Source: a bacterium (GTDB lineage Bacteria; Krumholzibacteriota; Krumholzibacteriia; LZORAL124-64-63). From it: DNA of 64,000 nt. Each line of letters starts with the position of its first letter. Positions within the stretch are counted from its first letter, which is position 1. The translations under genes were made by a program, and so were the position numbers. Where the stretch lies: assembly GCA_024223715.1 (NCBI GenBank), contig JAAEOA010000332.1:5407-69406 (forward strand), given 5' to 3'. Positions 1 through 8,960 of the stretch are shown in pieces. A model generated the notes under the pieces. The model saw only the letters and a list, made by a program, of their open reading frames with translations. It ran no database searches and was not told the origin of the DNA.

Positions 1-1092
1 AGGCAGCAAATGATACTTTGCATATCGGTCCAGCAGCGTACCCCCCGAGTCGAACAAACCCGATGAATTAAATTTTTCGGTTGTACCATTAGCCAAACGT
101 TCAGCATCGGGAAAACCGGTAAAAAGGGCCACTCCCGATTCCCTGATAAGGTTGCGCAGCCAGACCAGGTGCCGGGTATCAAATCTGATATATGCAGGCA
201 AAGCCGTTTCCGCCCAAATCACAAAATCGGCGCCATTTTCAGCAGCTTGCCGAGTCAATTGCCCATAAGGTACCCGGGTGGAGTCGATCTTTCCCTTTTG
301 CCATTTATCGGCCAAGGATACATTCGCCTGAATAGCTGCGATTCTTAACGGCACCGAGGTTGTGGCCTGCATTGAAGCTTGATCAATAGATTCACTTGCA
401 CCCCATTGGGGTTTCATTTGAGAGGCTATTACAATGCTCAGCAACAAAATACCAAACCCAAGATTTGCTACCAGAACAGGGAGCCGGTTGCTCTTCCGGT
501 TCTGGTACCAAAACCAGACAAAAGCCATGGCCACAGATAAAAAAATCACTAAGGAACTGATGCCAATTTCACCACTGGCCCGTAACCAGCCCATTAAAGG
601 CCCCGAAACCACCGAAGAACCTGTCAGACACCAAGGGAAAGCCATTTCACCCTGAGCCCGCAAAGCCTCCATCCCGGTCCAAAGAACGGGCATTAACAAT
701 AATGCAGTCACTGAACCCAGACGCCGCTTTAATAACCCAAAGAGCCATCCCAGAAGAAGATAAAAAACCGTCACGTAAAAAATGGCCAGACTAGCCTGAA
801 TGGGAACAAGAGCCCGGGTTGGTATCGTTTTGGCAGGAATAAGGAGAAAGAGCCAGTGCAGAAGTGACGTTTGATGAAAAAGAGCAAAAACCCACAACAA
901 GCGGCCCGGCCTTGGAGTATCTTTCAGCAGCACCATGAGCAAAGCCAAGCCTACCGGTACCAAAAGACCGGTTCCTGGCACCGGTGGCAACCCCAGAGTG
1001 ACCAGAAGTCCAGCCAAGGCCGCCAGAGAGATTTCCCGCAGATTCAGTTGGGGCAATTTCCCAGCCTTTATTTTTTGAGAAGGTGATTCCAT
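1..1092 (-). CDS. lnt: Apolipoprotein N-acyltransferase (3' end runs off window)
   Basis: Not in the ORF track; translated manually from ATG at 1092 (MESPSQKIKAGKLPQ...). Hydrophobic N-terminal half, then nitrilase-fold motifs DFVIWAETALP and DRYAKYHLLP at the window edge. Confidence 0.9.
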   Translation of the reverse strand, partial: MESPSQKIKAGKLPQLNLREISLAALAGLLVTLGLPPVPGTGLLVPVGLALLMVLLKDTPRPGRLLWVFALFHQTSLLHWLFLLIPAKTIPTRALVPIQASLAIFYVTVFYLLLGWLFGLLKRRLGSVTALLLMPVLWTGMEALRAQGEMAFPWCLTGSSVVSGPLMGWLRASGEIGISSLVIFLSVAMAFVWFWYQNRKSNRLPVLVANLGFGILLLSIVIASQMKPQWGASESIDQASMQATTSVPLRIAAIQANVSLADKWQKGKIDSTRVPYGQLTRQAAENGADFVIWAETALPAYIRFDTRHLVWLRNLIRESGVALFTGFPDAERLANGTTEKFNSSGLFDSGGTLLDRYAKYHLLP

Positions 1093-1149
1093 GGGTGGCA
1101 AAATACCCCAAGGACAAGCCACTGTAAAGCACCTCTTGGGGTTTTAGAC

Positions 1150-2694
1150 TCAAGGTTGCAAATCCCGGCTGGAAATCAGATCTCGCATCCCATACCGGGT
1201 TATTTTTTTATACAGCCCTTGCCTGGAAAGCCCCAACTGGCGGGCAGCAGCCGATTTTTGGCCATTAGCCACTGCAATGGCCTTACGAATAAGATACTGT
1301 TCCAGGATCTCATTTGCCTGATCCAGATTGCGAAGAAGGCCCAAATCTGCAGGATGGGAAATACCCTCGTCCCCGGTTTGAACTTCCAGGGAAAGATGTT
1401 CCAATTTGATGTGCTCCACTCGGGGATTCAAAGCCATAAACCGCAGGGCCTCATTTTCCAATTCCCGTACGTTTCCCGGCCACCGCCAGGTTTGAAGTCT
1501 CTGCAAGGCCCTCTCAGATAGAGAAATTCTGTTTATATTCAGATTTCCTTTTTGAAGAAAAAATGAAAATAAGGGAAGAATGTCTTCGGGTCTTTGGCGT
1601 AAAGGAGGAATCACCATATTGACCACTTTCAAACGGTAAAACAGGTCGAGTCGAAATTTCCCGTTTTCAATTTCCTGATGCAAATCTTTGTGAGTTGCTG
1701 CGACAAAACGTAAATCGACGGGCACTCCCTTTATTTCCCCAATCCGCCTTATTGTTCTTTCCTGCATTACTCTCAATAATTTTATTTGTAGCGGGAGAGG
1801 CATATCTCCAATTTCATCTAAAAAGAAAGTTCCACCACTGGCCGCAGCCAGGAGTCCCTTCTTATCTCCCTGCGCTCCGGTAAAGGAACCTGCTTTGTGC
1901 CCAAATAATTCACTTTCAAATAATGCTTCCGGCAGGGCAGCACAATTTTGGCCAACAAAAGGTCCTTGGTGACGGGGACTGCAAGTGTGAAGAGCGTGGG
2001 CAATTATTTCCTTACCTGTTCCACTCTCCCCGTTCAGCAAAACGTTCACGCCACTACTGGCAATACTGGCCAATCGCTGGCCCAGAATTTTCATCTCCTG
2101 ACTTACTCCCACACAACCGGGAATGCCTGGGATAGTCACAGGGAGAGGTAAACTGACTTCCCGGGAATTTACAGACCATTGTTTCGTGGGCGCTGGCAAA
2201 TGAGTCAAATTATTTATGGCTTTTGTTTCCGAAGTGGGTTCTGGCATTGGAAACAAGGTTGGTTGCCATGGCAGTCCTTTGCCCGGTGACATGGTGGGCA
2301 TATTTTCCAGTTGCCCTAGGACCGGTCCCAACCTGGCAGCCAAACGTTGAGCCCACATGAAAATAGCTTCTTTCCAAGGGCCTTTGCCGTGAAACCAAAC
2401 CCCAATGCAACCATGAGCTGTGGAATCACTTATTAGGGGTTCAATCCAAAGAGCCACTTCTTCTTTCCAATGAACCAATTCCTCCTGTCCCCGATTCATG
2501 GCTTTCAAGAAGCTGCTCAAAGGTGGACGGGAGGCCGTTCCCTCCTGACGAGCTTTCCCCGTTGCCCAGGCATATACTATGTTCAATGGAGAACCTGCCT
2601 CGGATCCCTCCTGGCGAACCACCCATAAAGCCACTCCCTCTGAACCGTGTGGAAAATTCCGCATTTCTTCGTGCCAAAAACTCATTGTATCCAT
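1150..2694 (-). CDS. Sigma-54-dependent enhancer-binding regulator (putative GAF-like sensor, AAA+, Fis HTH)
   Basis: Walker A GESGTGKE, ESELFGH, GSFTGA loop, Walker B FFLDEIGD, WPGNVREL and a C-terminal HTH (AARQLGLSRQGLYKKI). Start moved to ATG 2694, which follows the SD AAGGGGGA. Confidence 0.92.
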   Translation of the reverse strand: MDTMSFWHEEMRNFPHGSEGVALWVVRQEGSEAGSPLNIVYAWATGKARQEGTASRPPLSSFLKAMNRGQEELVHWKEEVALWIEPLISDSTAHGCIGVWFHGKGPWKEAIFMWAQRLAARLGPVLGQLENMPTMSPGKGLPWQPTLFPMPEPTSETKAINNLTHLPAPTKQWSVNSREVSLPLPVTIPGIPGCVGVSQEMKILGQRLASIASSGVNVLLNGESGTGKEIIAHALHTCSPRHQGPFVGQNCAALPEALFESELFGHKAGSFTGAQGDKKGLLAAASGGTFFLDEIGDMPLPLQIKLLRVMQERTIRRIGEIKGVPVDLRFVAATHKDLHQEIENGKFRLDLFYRLKVVNMVIPPLRQRPEDILPLFSFFLQKGNLNINRISLSERALQRLQTWRWPGNVRELENEALRFMALNPRVEHIKLEHLSLEVQTGDEGISHPADLGLLRNLDQANEILEQYLIRKAIAVANGQKSAAARQLGLSRQGLYKKITRYGMRDLISSRDLQP

Positions 2695-3037
2695 AAGTCC
2701 CCCTTGGATGATAAAAACTTCAGGAATCAAATCTGAAAACACCAATTCAGATGCTAAGTTTAGAATTGATGCCAGGAGGGTTCAAACCGGTTGGAAAATC
2801 CTTGTTCGGCGAGAACAAGCTCCAGTTGCAGGAGACATACCAAAACTCACTAAGGACAATAATTCATCACAAGACTTTTTTAAGTTCTTTTCAATTATGG
2901 AGTTAAAATATTCAAACAAGGGGTAGAAAAGACAAAAAAATGGCTGGCAGAAAACCACATGAATACTGTTTCATATTTGGTTCAGCTGAAAAAACAGCAA
3001 ACGTTGCATCAGTCTTAGCAAAGATACAATCAGGTTT

Positions 3038-3127
3038 TTACAGTAAGGCAGGAACCACTACCACCAGCATGAGAAGGGCGCAAGCCAAGGCAACGATCAG
3101 TCCACCCATTTCTTTGATCATAGTCAT
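3038..3127 (-). CDS. Small single-pass membrane peptide, 29 aa (MTMIKEMGGLIVALACALLMLVVVVPALL)
   Basis: Strong SD TAAGGAG 6 nt before the ATG, an uninterrupted hydrophobic helix and a TAA stop. Below the ORF-track length cutoff. Confidence 0.7.
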   Translation of the reverse strand: MTMIKEMGGLIVALACALLMLVVVVPALL

Positions 3128-3198
3128 GAGAATCTCCTTAAATATAACTCACAATCCGTGTGACTTTCCTGCTCGGTGCAGGGACTCCATTAACTAAG

Positions 3199-3225
3199 GT
3201 ATCGGCTGAATGCGTCGCGGGTTAA
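3199..3225 (-). promoter_or_regulatory. Sigma-28 (FliA/SigD/WhiG)-like promoter for the small ORF
   Basis: TTAA-N15-GCCGATAC versus consensus TAAA-N15-GCCGATAA. Confidence 0.55.
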
Positions 3226-3230
3226 TCCAT

Positions 3231-3267
3231 AAAACGCACCCGCCCCAAATTAAATTTCGGAGCGGGT
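3231..3267 (-). terminator. Probable intrinsic terminator after purM
   Basis: Minus-strand hairpin ACCCGCTCCGAA...TTTGGGGCGGGT followed by GCGTTTT. Confidence 0.6.
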
Positions 3268-3294
3268 TCATAAAAAATCACCAGGTTACAAATT

Positions 3295-4308
3295 CTAGAA
3301 TTTTAGCTCCACTGCTTTATCACCAAAGAAAACTTCACCCAGCAAAACAGCCGAAGATCCTTCAATAGCTGAAAGATCCACAGATGGATTAGCAATGACC
3401 ACCATGCCAATGCCCATGTTGAACACACGATGCATCTCCTCCTGGCTGACATCACCATGGTCCTGAATCAACCGGAAAATGTCGAGGGTTTTAAAAGCTG
3501 TAGTATCCACATGAATACACAAGCCCTTTGGCACAACCCGGGGAATGTTGTCGTAGAATCCACCTCCGGTAATGTGCACCAAGCCATGAACAGATTCCCT
3601 ACCAAAATCCCGCCAAATTTTTCGGACATCGGTCAGATAACTTTTGTGCACTGCCAGCAAGGCTTCACCAACCGAAACACCATTCAGCATTTCGGGTTTG
3701 TCATCTACTGAAAAACCCGCTTTATCGAACAAGACAGCCCTGGCAAGACTGTACCCGTTGGTCTGCAAACCTGTGCTGGGCAAGCCCCACACTTTATCGC
3801 CGGTGGAGATTTTCTGGCCATCGATAACATGTTCAGGCAAAACACGCCCGACCACGGTTCCGGCAAGATCAAATTCACCCTTGCCGTAAACTCCAGGCAT
3901 TTCAGCAGTCTCACCACCGAGAAGAGCGCACCCATTTTCACGACAGCCGATGGCAAAACCTTCAATAATTTCCGGCAAAACTGCTTCATCAAGCTTGCTG
4001 GTGGCAAAATAATCTAAAAAGAAGAGGGGCTCTGCACCCTGGACCAGGATATCGTCAACGCAGTGGTTAACCAGATCCTGCCCCACTGTGTTATAGACTC
4101 CGGCCATTCGGGCGACCATAACCTTGGTACCCACACCATCGACACTGGCAACCATTAAAGGTTCACCCTCAGCTGCTTGGAACAGTCCACCAAAGGCTCC
4201 CATTTCATTCTTTACCCGGGAATCCCAAGTGGAGCGTATGGCGGCTTTGCTACGGCCCAGGGCGCGAGTGGCTGCATCAATGTTCACACCACTGTCGGCG
4301 TATTTCAT
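3295..4308 (-). CDS. purM: Phosphoribosylformylglycinamidine cyclo-ligase (AIR synthetase)
   Basis: YADSGVNI, DGVGTK, GAEPLFFLDY, GGETAEMPG, HITGGG and FNMGIG motifs; SD GGAGG before ATG 4308. Confidence 0.97.
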   Translation of the reverse strand: MKYADSGVNIDAATRALGRSKAAIRSTWDSRVKNEMGAFGGLFQAAEGEPLMVASVDGVGTKVMVARMAGVYNTVGQDLVNHCVDDILVQGAEPLFFLDYFATSKLDEAVLPEIIEGFAIGCRENGCALLGGETAEMPGVYGKGEFDLAGTVVGRVLPEHVIDGQKISTGDKVWGLPSTGLQTNGYSLARAVLFDKAGFSVDDKPEMLNGVSVGEALLAVHKSYLTDVRKIWRDFGRESVHGLVHITGGGFYDNIPRVVPKGLCIHVDTTAFKTLDIFRLIQDHGDVSQEEMHRVFNMGIGMVVIANPSVDLSAIEGSSAVLLGEVFFGDKAVELKF

Positions 4309-4360
4309 GAGTCCTCCGGTCAAACGGGAGTGGGAATAAATTCACTGGTTCATGCCACAG

Positions 4361-4389
4361 ATGATAAGAGAGCCAACCCGAAGGTTCAA
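4361..4389 (-). promoter_or_regulatory. Sigma-70-type promoter of purM
   Basis: TTGAAC-N17-TATCAT. Confidence 0.55.
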
Positions 4390-4426
4390 GGCCCAGAAAC
4401 AAAAACATGAAAAAAAGAAGGAAAAA

Positions 4427-5512
4427 TTAGCCTTCTGCGGCATCTGCTTTCAAAGAAAACAAAGAAAGGCGTCGGTTTAAAGCATCCATCACCGAAAAGA
4501 CAACAGCCTGTTGTTCATTGTGCAGATTGCTGCAAGAACCAAACAGGGTTTCACTTTTTCGGCCCTCAACCAGATTGACAGCACAAAGAATTACATTTTC
4601 ATCGCCCAGGTGATCCGATCGAACTTCTTGCAGGTGCAGGACAATTGGATCAACAACAATTTGGGTCAGTGCGTTTAGGGTTGCCCTGGCCACCAGTACA
4701 ATCGCACTACCGGAATGATTGGCGCCTTCCTCAATACCCCGAACTTCAACATTGCCGATTTTCAATTGCACTTCAGCCCGCACCAACATGTCTGAGGCCA
4801 TGACCCCCACACCGCTGCAAACAACCCGTAAAGGGCCAGCCTCGGCTAGCAAGACGGCGGGAATGGGACCAGCGGATGGTGTTTGAATGGTTTTGGCGGC
4901 CGATTTGTTGTCTTCAGCTGTTTCTTCAGCTGTTTCTTTAGCTGTTTCTTTAGCAGTATCTTCAGCAATATCTTCAGCAATACCTCCAGCAAAATTTCCA
5001 AACTGATTCAAAGATTCCTGATCCGATCCCTTTGACAGCTCTGATTCAATCTCTGATTTAAGACCTGAGCCCAATCCCAGTCCCGGAAGAGGTTCATCTT
5101 GGAGACCGTCATCATCGGCAGGGTGAAAAGTTACACCGGAAAACTCTGGAGATTGTTCTGGAATAGAAGCAGAAGAAGATTTTTGCACAGGAGTGGGTTG
5201 GGAAATGGCTTCAGTTTGGAGGGAAGAAGGCGTTTTCTCCGATCCTGAGTCTGCCTCAGCCCCGTTGTCCAGGACTTGAACCACCCCTATCTTCTTATAG
5301 AAAACATCCATTTCCAGCCGGGCTTTTAACAAACTCTCAACATCGCGCACAATATGGCGCGGCTCCCGGTCCATACCAGCCACTACGTGGACACCCGAGA
5401 CTTCTCCCTCGGCATCCAGATCAATTTTGCACTGCAGAACACCCTTGATGGAACTAATCCATCGTTGAGCATCAAATACCCAGGCATCCCGCTCGTTGGG
5501 GTCCCACTCCAA
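4427..5512 (-). CDS. Hypothetical protein: two compact domains joined by a long acidic low-complexity linker
   Basis: 361-aa ORF with TTG start after AAGGAG. N-domain contains IVRDVESLL; C-domain ends SVMDALNRRL. Confidence 0.8.
   Translation of the reverse strand: MEWDPNERDAWVFDAQRWISSIKGVLQCKIDLDAEGEVSGVHVVAGMDREPRHIVRDVESLLKARLEMDVFYKKIGVVQVLDNGAEADSGSEKTPSSLQTEAISQPTPVQKSSSASIPEQSPEFSGVTFHPADDDGLQDEPLPGLGLGSGLKSEIESELSKGSDQESLNQFGNFAGGIAEDIAEDTAKETAKETAEETAEDNKSAAKTIQTPSAGPIPAVLLAEAGPLRVVCSGVGVMASDMLVRAEVQLKIGNVEVRGIEEGANHSGSAIVLVARATLNALTQIVVDPIVLHLQEVRSDHLGDENVILCAVNLVEGRKSETLFGSCSNLHNEQQAVVFSVMDALNRRLSLFSLKADAAEG
4911..4982. repeat. 12-bp tandem repeat, 6 degenerate copies, in frame
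   Basis: Plus-strand units tcttcagctgtt x2, tctttagctgtt, tctttagcagta, tcttcagcaata x2; encodes IAED-IAED-TAKE-TAKE-TAEE-TAED. Confidence 0.9.
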
Positions 5513-5645
5513 GACGTGCTCCTTAGTTGCACAGCAAAAAACCGCAGGGAATGTTATTCGTCATTCCAATAATTCCGACCTGTGACTGGACTGAAAACCA
5601 ATGTCAAAGCAAGAATATGCAGTAAAAGTTGTTTTCCATCAAAGG

Positions 5646-5674
5646 ATATTATCACAGTCCAATAAACCGCACAA
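5646..5674 (-). promoter_or_regulatory. Sigma-70-type promoter with extended -10
   Basis: TTGTGC-N17-TAATAT, with TG upstream of the -10 box. Confidence 0.45.
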
Positions 5675-5715
5675 CCTGATCTTTGCAAAATCCTTCTTTT
5701 TCATGATTTCTTTAG

Positions 5716-5752
5716 AAAACGGTCCCGCTCCAGTATGGAATGGGACCGTTTT
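5716..5752. terminator. Intrinsic terminator ending the argS/pfkB operon (symmetric)
   Basis: AAAACGGTCCC...GGGACCGTTTT inverted repeat about 20 nt after the pfkB stop. Confidence 0.8.
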
Positions 5753-5772
5753 AGTCATTCTCTGACAGGCTC

Positions 5773-6681
5773 CTAGGGAACCATCATACTTTTCAGAGTT
5801 TTCATTCGTTCGCTATAGGCCTGGTCGTCAATTTTCAGAAGACCCTCCATGCTGAACCCCTCCGGACAGAAACTGGCCGTCACGGTACCATCGAGCATAG
5901 CTTGGCGGAAAACACCATCGGAGGAGTCCCGATGGGCATTAGCCTCTGAAAGCGAGCGCATAAAACCACCGGCAAAACAATCTCCGGCTCCTGTGGGATC
6001 GATCACATCGTCCAGAATTATGGCCGGGACCGAAAGCACACTTTCGCGACCAAAGAACAGGGCTCCGTGTTCACCTTTTTTGACAATAACCAATTGTGGG
6101 CCCATGGCGCGAATATCTTCTGCAGCATGAGCAAGGCTGCGTTTGCCGCTGATCAGACGGGCTTCACTGTCATTTACCAACAGGACGTCCACCTTGGCCA
6201 GAACCTTGGCCAGATCGTCGGGAGTGGATTCAATCCAGAGGTTCATGGTATCGAGAGCCACCAGCTGAGGATTGTTCATGGTCTCCAGAACATGCAACTG
6301 CAGAGCAGGATGAATGTTAGCCAGGAACAGATATTCGCTGTTACGCCATTGATCTGGGATTTCCGGTTGGAAATCAGCAAAAACACCCAATTCAGTGGCC
6401 AGAGTATCACGGTCAATCATGTCTGCATGATAGCGGCCGGACCAATGGAAACTCTTTCCTTCAACTTTTTGAATCCCGCTAATATCTGCCCCGTGGCTGG
6501 CCAGTAAATCCAGGTCAGATTGCAGGAAGTCGTCTCCCACCACTCCCACACAACGCACATCAGCTTTACCAAGAGTGGCAATAGAGAAAAAGCTTGCACT
6601 TCCCCCCAATTGGCGGTCCCGCTTTTCACGGTGGGTTTCAACGGTATCGTAAGCAACAGATCCAACGACGAGAATGGACAT
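5773..6681 (-). CDS. PfkB/ribokinase-family carbohydrate or nucleoside kinase
   Basis: Starts MSILVVGSVAYD; has LGGSA, VKKGEHG and DPTGAGDCFAGG. True start is ATG 6681, just after the argS stop. Confidence 0.92.
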   Translation of the reverse strand: MSILVVGSVAYDTVETHREKRDRQLGGSASFFSIATLGKADVRCVGVVGDDFLQSDLDLLASHGADISGIQKVEGKSFHWSGRYHADMIDRDTLATELGVFADFQPEIPDQWRNSEYLFLANIHPALQLHVLETMNNPQLVALDTMNLWIESTPDDLAKVLAKVDVLLVNDSEARLISGKRSLAHAAEDIRAMGPQLVIVKKGEHGALFFGRESVLSVPAIILDDVIDPTGAGDCFAGGFMRSLSEANAHRDSSDGVFRQAMLDGTVTASFCPEGFSMEGLLKIDDQAYSERMKTLKSMMVP

Positions 6682-6682
6682 T

Positions 6683-8434
6683 CTATTTACCCTTCTTTTC
6701 CATGGCTTCGGGAGCGTCAACACCCAGCAAATCAAGAACAACCCGCAGAACATGGCGTGTCACCAGGCCGAGCTGCAGACGGCTTTGAGCCACATCCGGC
6801 TCGGTCTCTATAATTTTCAGTACTTTGCATTCATGGTAGAACCTGTGGTAAAGCTCTGCCACTTCCTTGATGTATCCGGTCAAACGATGCGGTTCTCTTG
6901 CCCGGGCCGCTGAAACAATCACATGAGGCAGGCGAATGAGCTCCTGCACCAGTTCCCATTCTTCTTTTGTCTTCAGCATATTTAGGAATTTCGACGAAGG
7001 TTCCAGGGTTTTCATACCCGCCTCTTCGGCTTTGGCAATCAGCGAACAAATTCGGGCATGAGCATATTTCACATAGAAAACCGGATTGCTGTTAGACTGT
7101 TCTTTGGCCAAATCAAGATCAAAATCCAAATGACTGTTGGGCTTGCGAGTCAGGAAAATGTACTTGGCAACATCAGGCCCCACATCTTCCATAAGGGCAT
7201 CCATGGTCACAAACTGCCCTTTGCGTTTGGACATGTTCATGGGTTTGCCATCTTCAATGAAAGTGACCTGTTGCAGAATTTGAATTTCCAGCCAGTCACC
7301 ACTAATATCCAAAGCCTCCATAGCCCCCTTCATGCGCTGAATGTAGCCATGATGATCTGGACCCCAAAAATCGATGGCGTGTTCGAAACCGCGCTGGAAT
7401 TTATGGTAATGATAGGCAATATCGGCCAGGAAATAGGTTGGCATGCCATCGGCCCGAACCACAACCCGGTCTTTTTCATCGCCAAATTCGGTAGACCGGA
7501 ACCAGGTTGCCTCTTCTTCTTCATAAATGGAGCCAAGTTTTTTCAGCCGTTCCAGAGCCCGGTCCAACCGTTTGGTTTCGTGCAATTCACTTTCAAAATA
7601 CCAAGTATCGAATTGTAATCCAAAACGACGGCAGGTCTCACGCTGCCAACTGAGAATTTTCATCAGAGCATATTTACTGAAGGACCCGACAGATTCGTCT
7701 TCCTCAAGCTTTCGCCAATCTTCAGCATTGCCAGCCGGTGGTTGAACCCGCTGGAAACTTTCATCATCAAAAGCCTTGGCAGCTTTTTGAATGCTTTCTG
7801 TATCCTGTTCCATAAGTTCAGCAGCCATGATTTCCAGATAACGCCCCTGGTACCCGCCTTCTGGAAATTCATTTTCAATGCCCATCAGCTGCAAATAATG
7901 AGAGCGCAGGCTGCGTCCCAGTAACTTCACCTGGCGCCCGGCGTCGTTAACGTAATACTCTGCATGAGAATCGTAACCAATGGCTGCCAAAAGATTTACA
8001 AGACACATACCAAAAGCTCCCGCACGAGCGGAAACCACATTCAAAGGCCCTGTTGGGTTGGCACTAATGAATTCAACATTGATGCGTTTGTCGGCACCGG
8101 TTTTTATATCCTCGAGAGAACCATTGGGGTCCCATACCGAGAGAAGAAGTTCAATGCGATGCTGTTCGGCTATGCGAAAATTGATAAAACCAGGGCCGGC
8201 AATTTCCACCGACTCAATAATCTCTTTGGGAAGCACAATGTCTGCAGCAATATTGCCAGCCAATTCTCTGGGATTAATTTTCAGCCGTCCGCCGAGCATG
8301 AGAGCCAAATTTGCACTCAAATCACCGTGGCTGCGATCACGAGGCTTTTCCAGTTCCACATCAACATCTTCTTCAAAGATGCCATATTTCTCAACAGTGG
8401 CCAGAAGGGCCGATTTTATTAGATCCTCAAGCAT
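6683..8434 (-). CDS. argS: Arginine--tRNA ligase
   Basis: EFISANPTGPL, EYYVNDAGRQ, GPDHHGY, MSKRKG, NPVFYVKYAHARICS and C-terminal LGVDAPEAM. Confidence 0.97.
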   Translation of the reverse strand: MLEDLIKSALLATVEKYGIFEEDVDVELEKPRDRSHGDLSANLALMLGGRLKINPRELAGNIAADIVLPKEIIESVEIAGPGFINFRIAEQHRIELLLSVWDPNGSLEDIKTGADKRINVEFISANPTGPLNVVSARAGAFGMCLVNLLAAIGYDSHAEYYVNDAGRQVKLLGRSLRSHYLQLMGIENEFPEGGYQGRYLEIMAAELMEQDTESIQKAAKAFDDESFQRVQPPAGNAEDWRKLEEDESVGSFSKYALMKILSWQRETCRRFGLQFDTWYFESELHETKRLDRALERLKKLGSIYEEEEATWFRSTEFGDEKDRVVVRADGMPTYFLADIAYHYHKFQRGFEHAIDFWGPDHHGYIQRMKGAMEALDISGDWLEIQILQQVTFIEDGKPMNMSKRKGQFVTMDALMEDVGPDVAKYIFLTRKPNSHLDFDLDLAKEQSNSNPVFYVKYAHARICSLIAKAEEAGMKTLEPSSKFLNMLKTKEEWELVQELIRLPHVIVSAARAREPHRLTGYIKEVAELYHRFYHECKVLKIIETEPDVAQSRLQLGLVTRHVLRVVLDLLGVDAPEAMEKKGK

Positions 8435-8449
8435 TTTCGATTCCGTTTC

Positions 8450-8950
8450 TCAGTCGTTTTGGGCCATATCGGCGCCAGTTTTAAAATTCATTTCCGGGTG
8501 ACGAGCTTTTACCTCATCATCCTGATACCATTCTGGTGTCACATCAAGACGCATTCCATCGGCCCAAAGACGTTCAAGCTGGAAATACTCGCGGGCTTCT
8601 TCCTGAAAGATATGCACAACCACATCAAAGTAATCCAGCAAAGACCATTTGCCAGTTTCCTGGCCTTCAATGCCTTTGGGTTTTTGCCCGATATAAGAAA
8701 GCTCTTTGTTTACATGGCGGGCAATGGCCTGAACTTGTTTGGTGGTTTTACCCGACGCAACAACGAAGAAATCACAGACATCGCTGCGGCCACGTAAATC
8801 AAGGACAAGAACACCTTCTCCCTGTTTTTCCATTATGTGCCAGCAAACCCGCTCCGCCAAAGTCCAGGAGGCGGTATCGTCGGGAATGTTGAATTGGGAC
8901 TCAGGTGCTGTTTCGGTCAAGTCACTGTTTTCAGGCAATTTGTCGCTCAT
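8450..8950 (-). CDS. rsfS: Ribosome silencing factor (Iojap)
   Basis: WSLLDYFDVVVHIF...REYFQLERLW. Confidence 0.95.
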   Translation of the reverse strand: MSDKLPENSDLTETAPESQFNIPDDTASWTLAERVCWHIMEKQGEGVLVLDLRGRSDVCDFFVVASGKTTKQVQAIARHVNKELSYIGQKPKGIEGQETGKWSLLDYFDVVVHIFQEEAREYFQLERLWADGMRLDVTPEWYQDDEVKARHPEMNFKTGADMAQND

Positions 8951-8960
8951 TTTATTCTTC

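Noticed and set aside
791-1153. 120-aa minus-strand ORF
   Set aside because: Alternative frame overlapping lnt, which carries the real motifs
2940-3197. 85-aa plus-strand ORF in the intergenic gap
   Set aside because: No SD; antisense to the better-supported 29-aa ORF
4911-4982. CRISPR-like repeat
   Set aside because: 12-bp units without spacers inside a CDS; no cas genes
5607-5625. Sigma-54 promoter-like TGCATATTCTTGCT
   Set aside because: Invariant GG at -24 is missing
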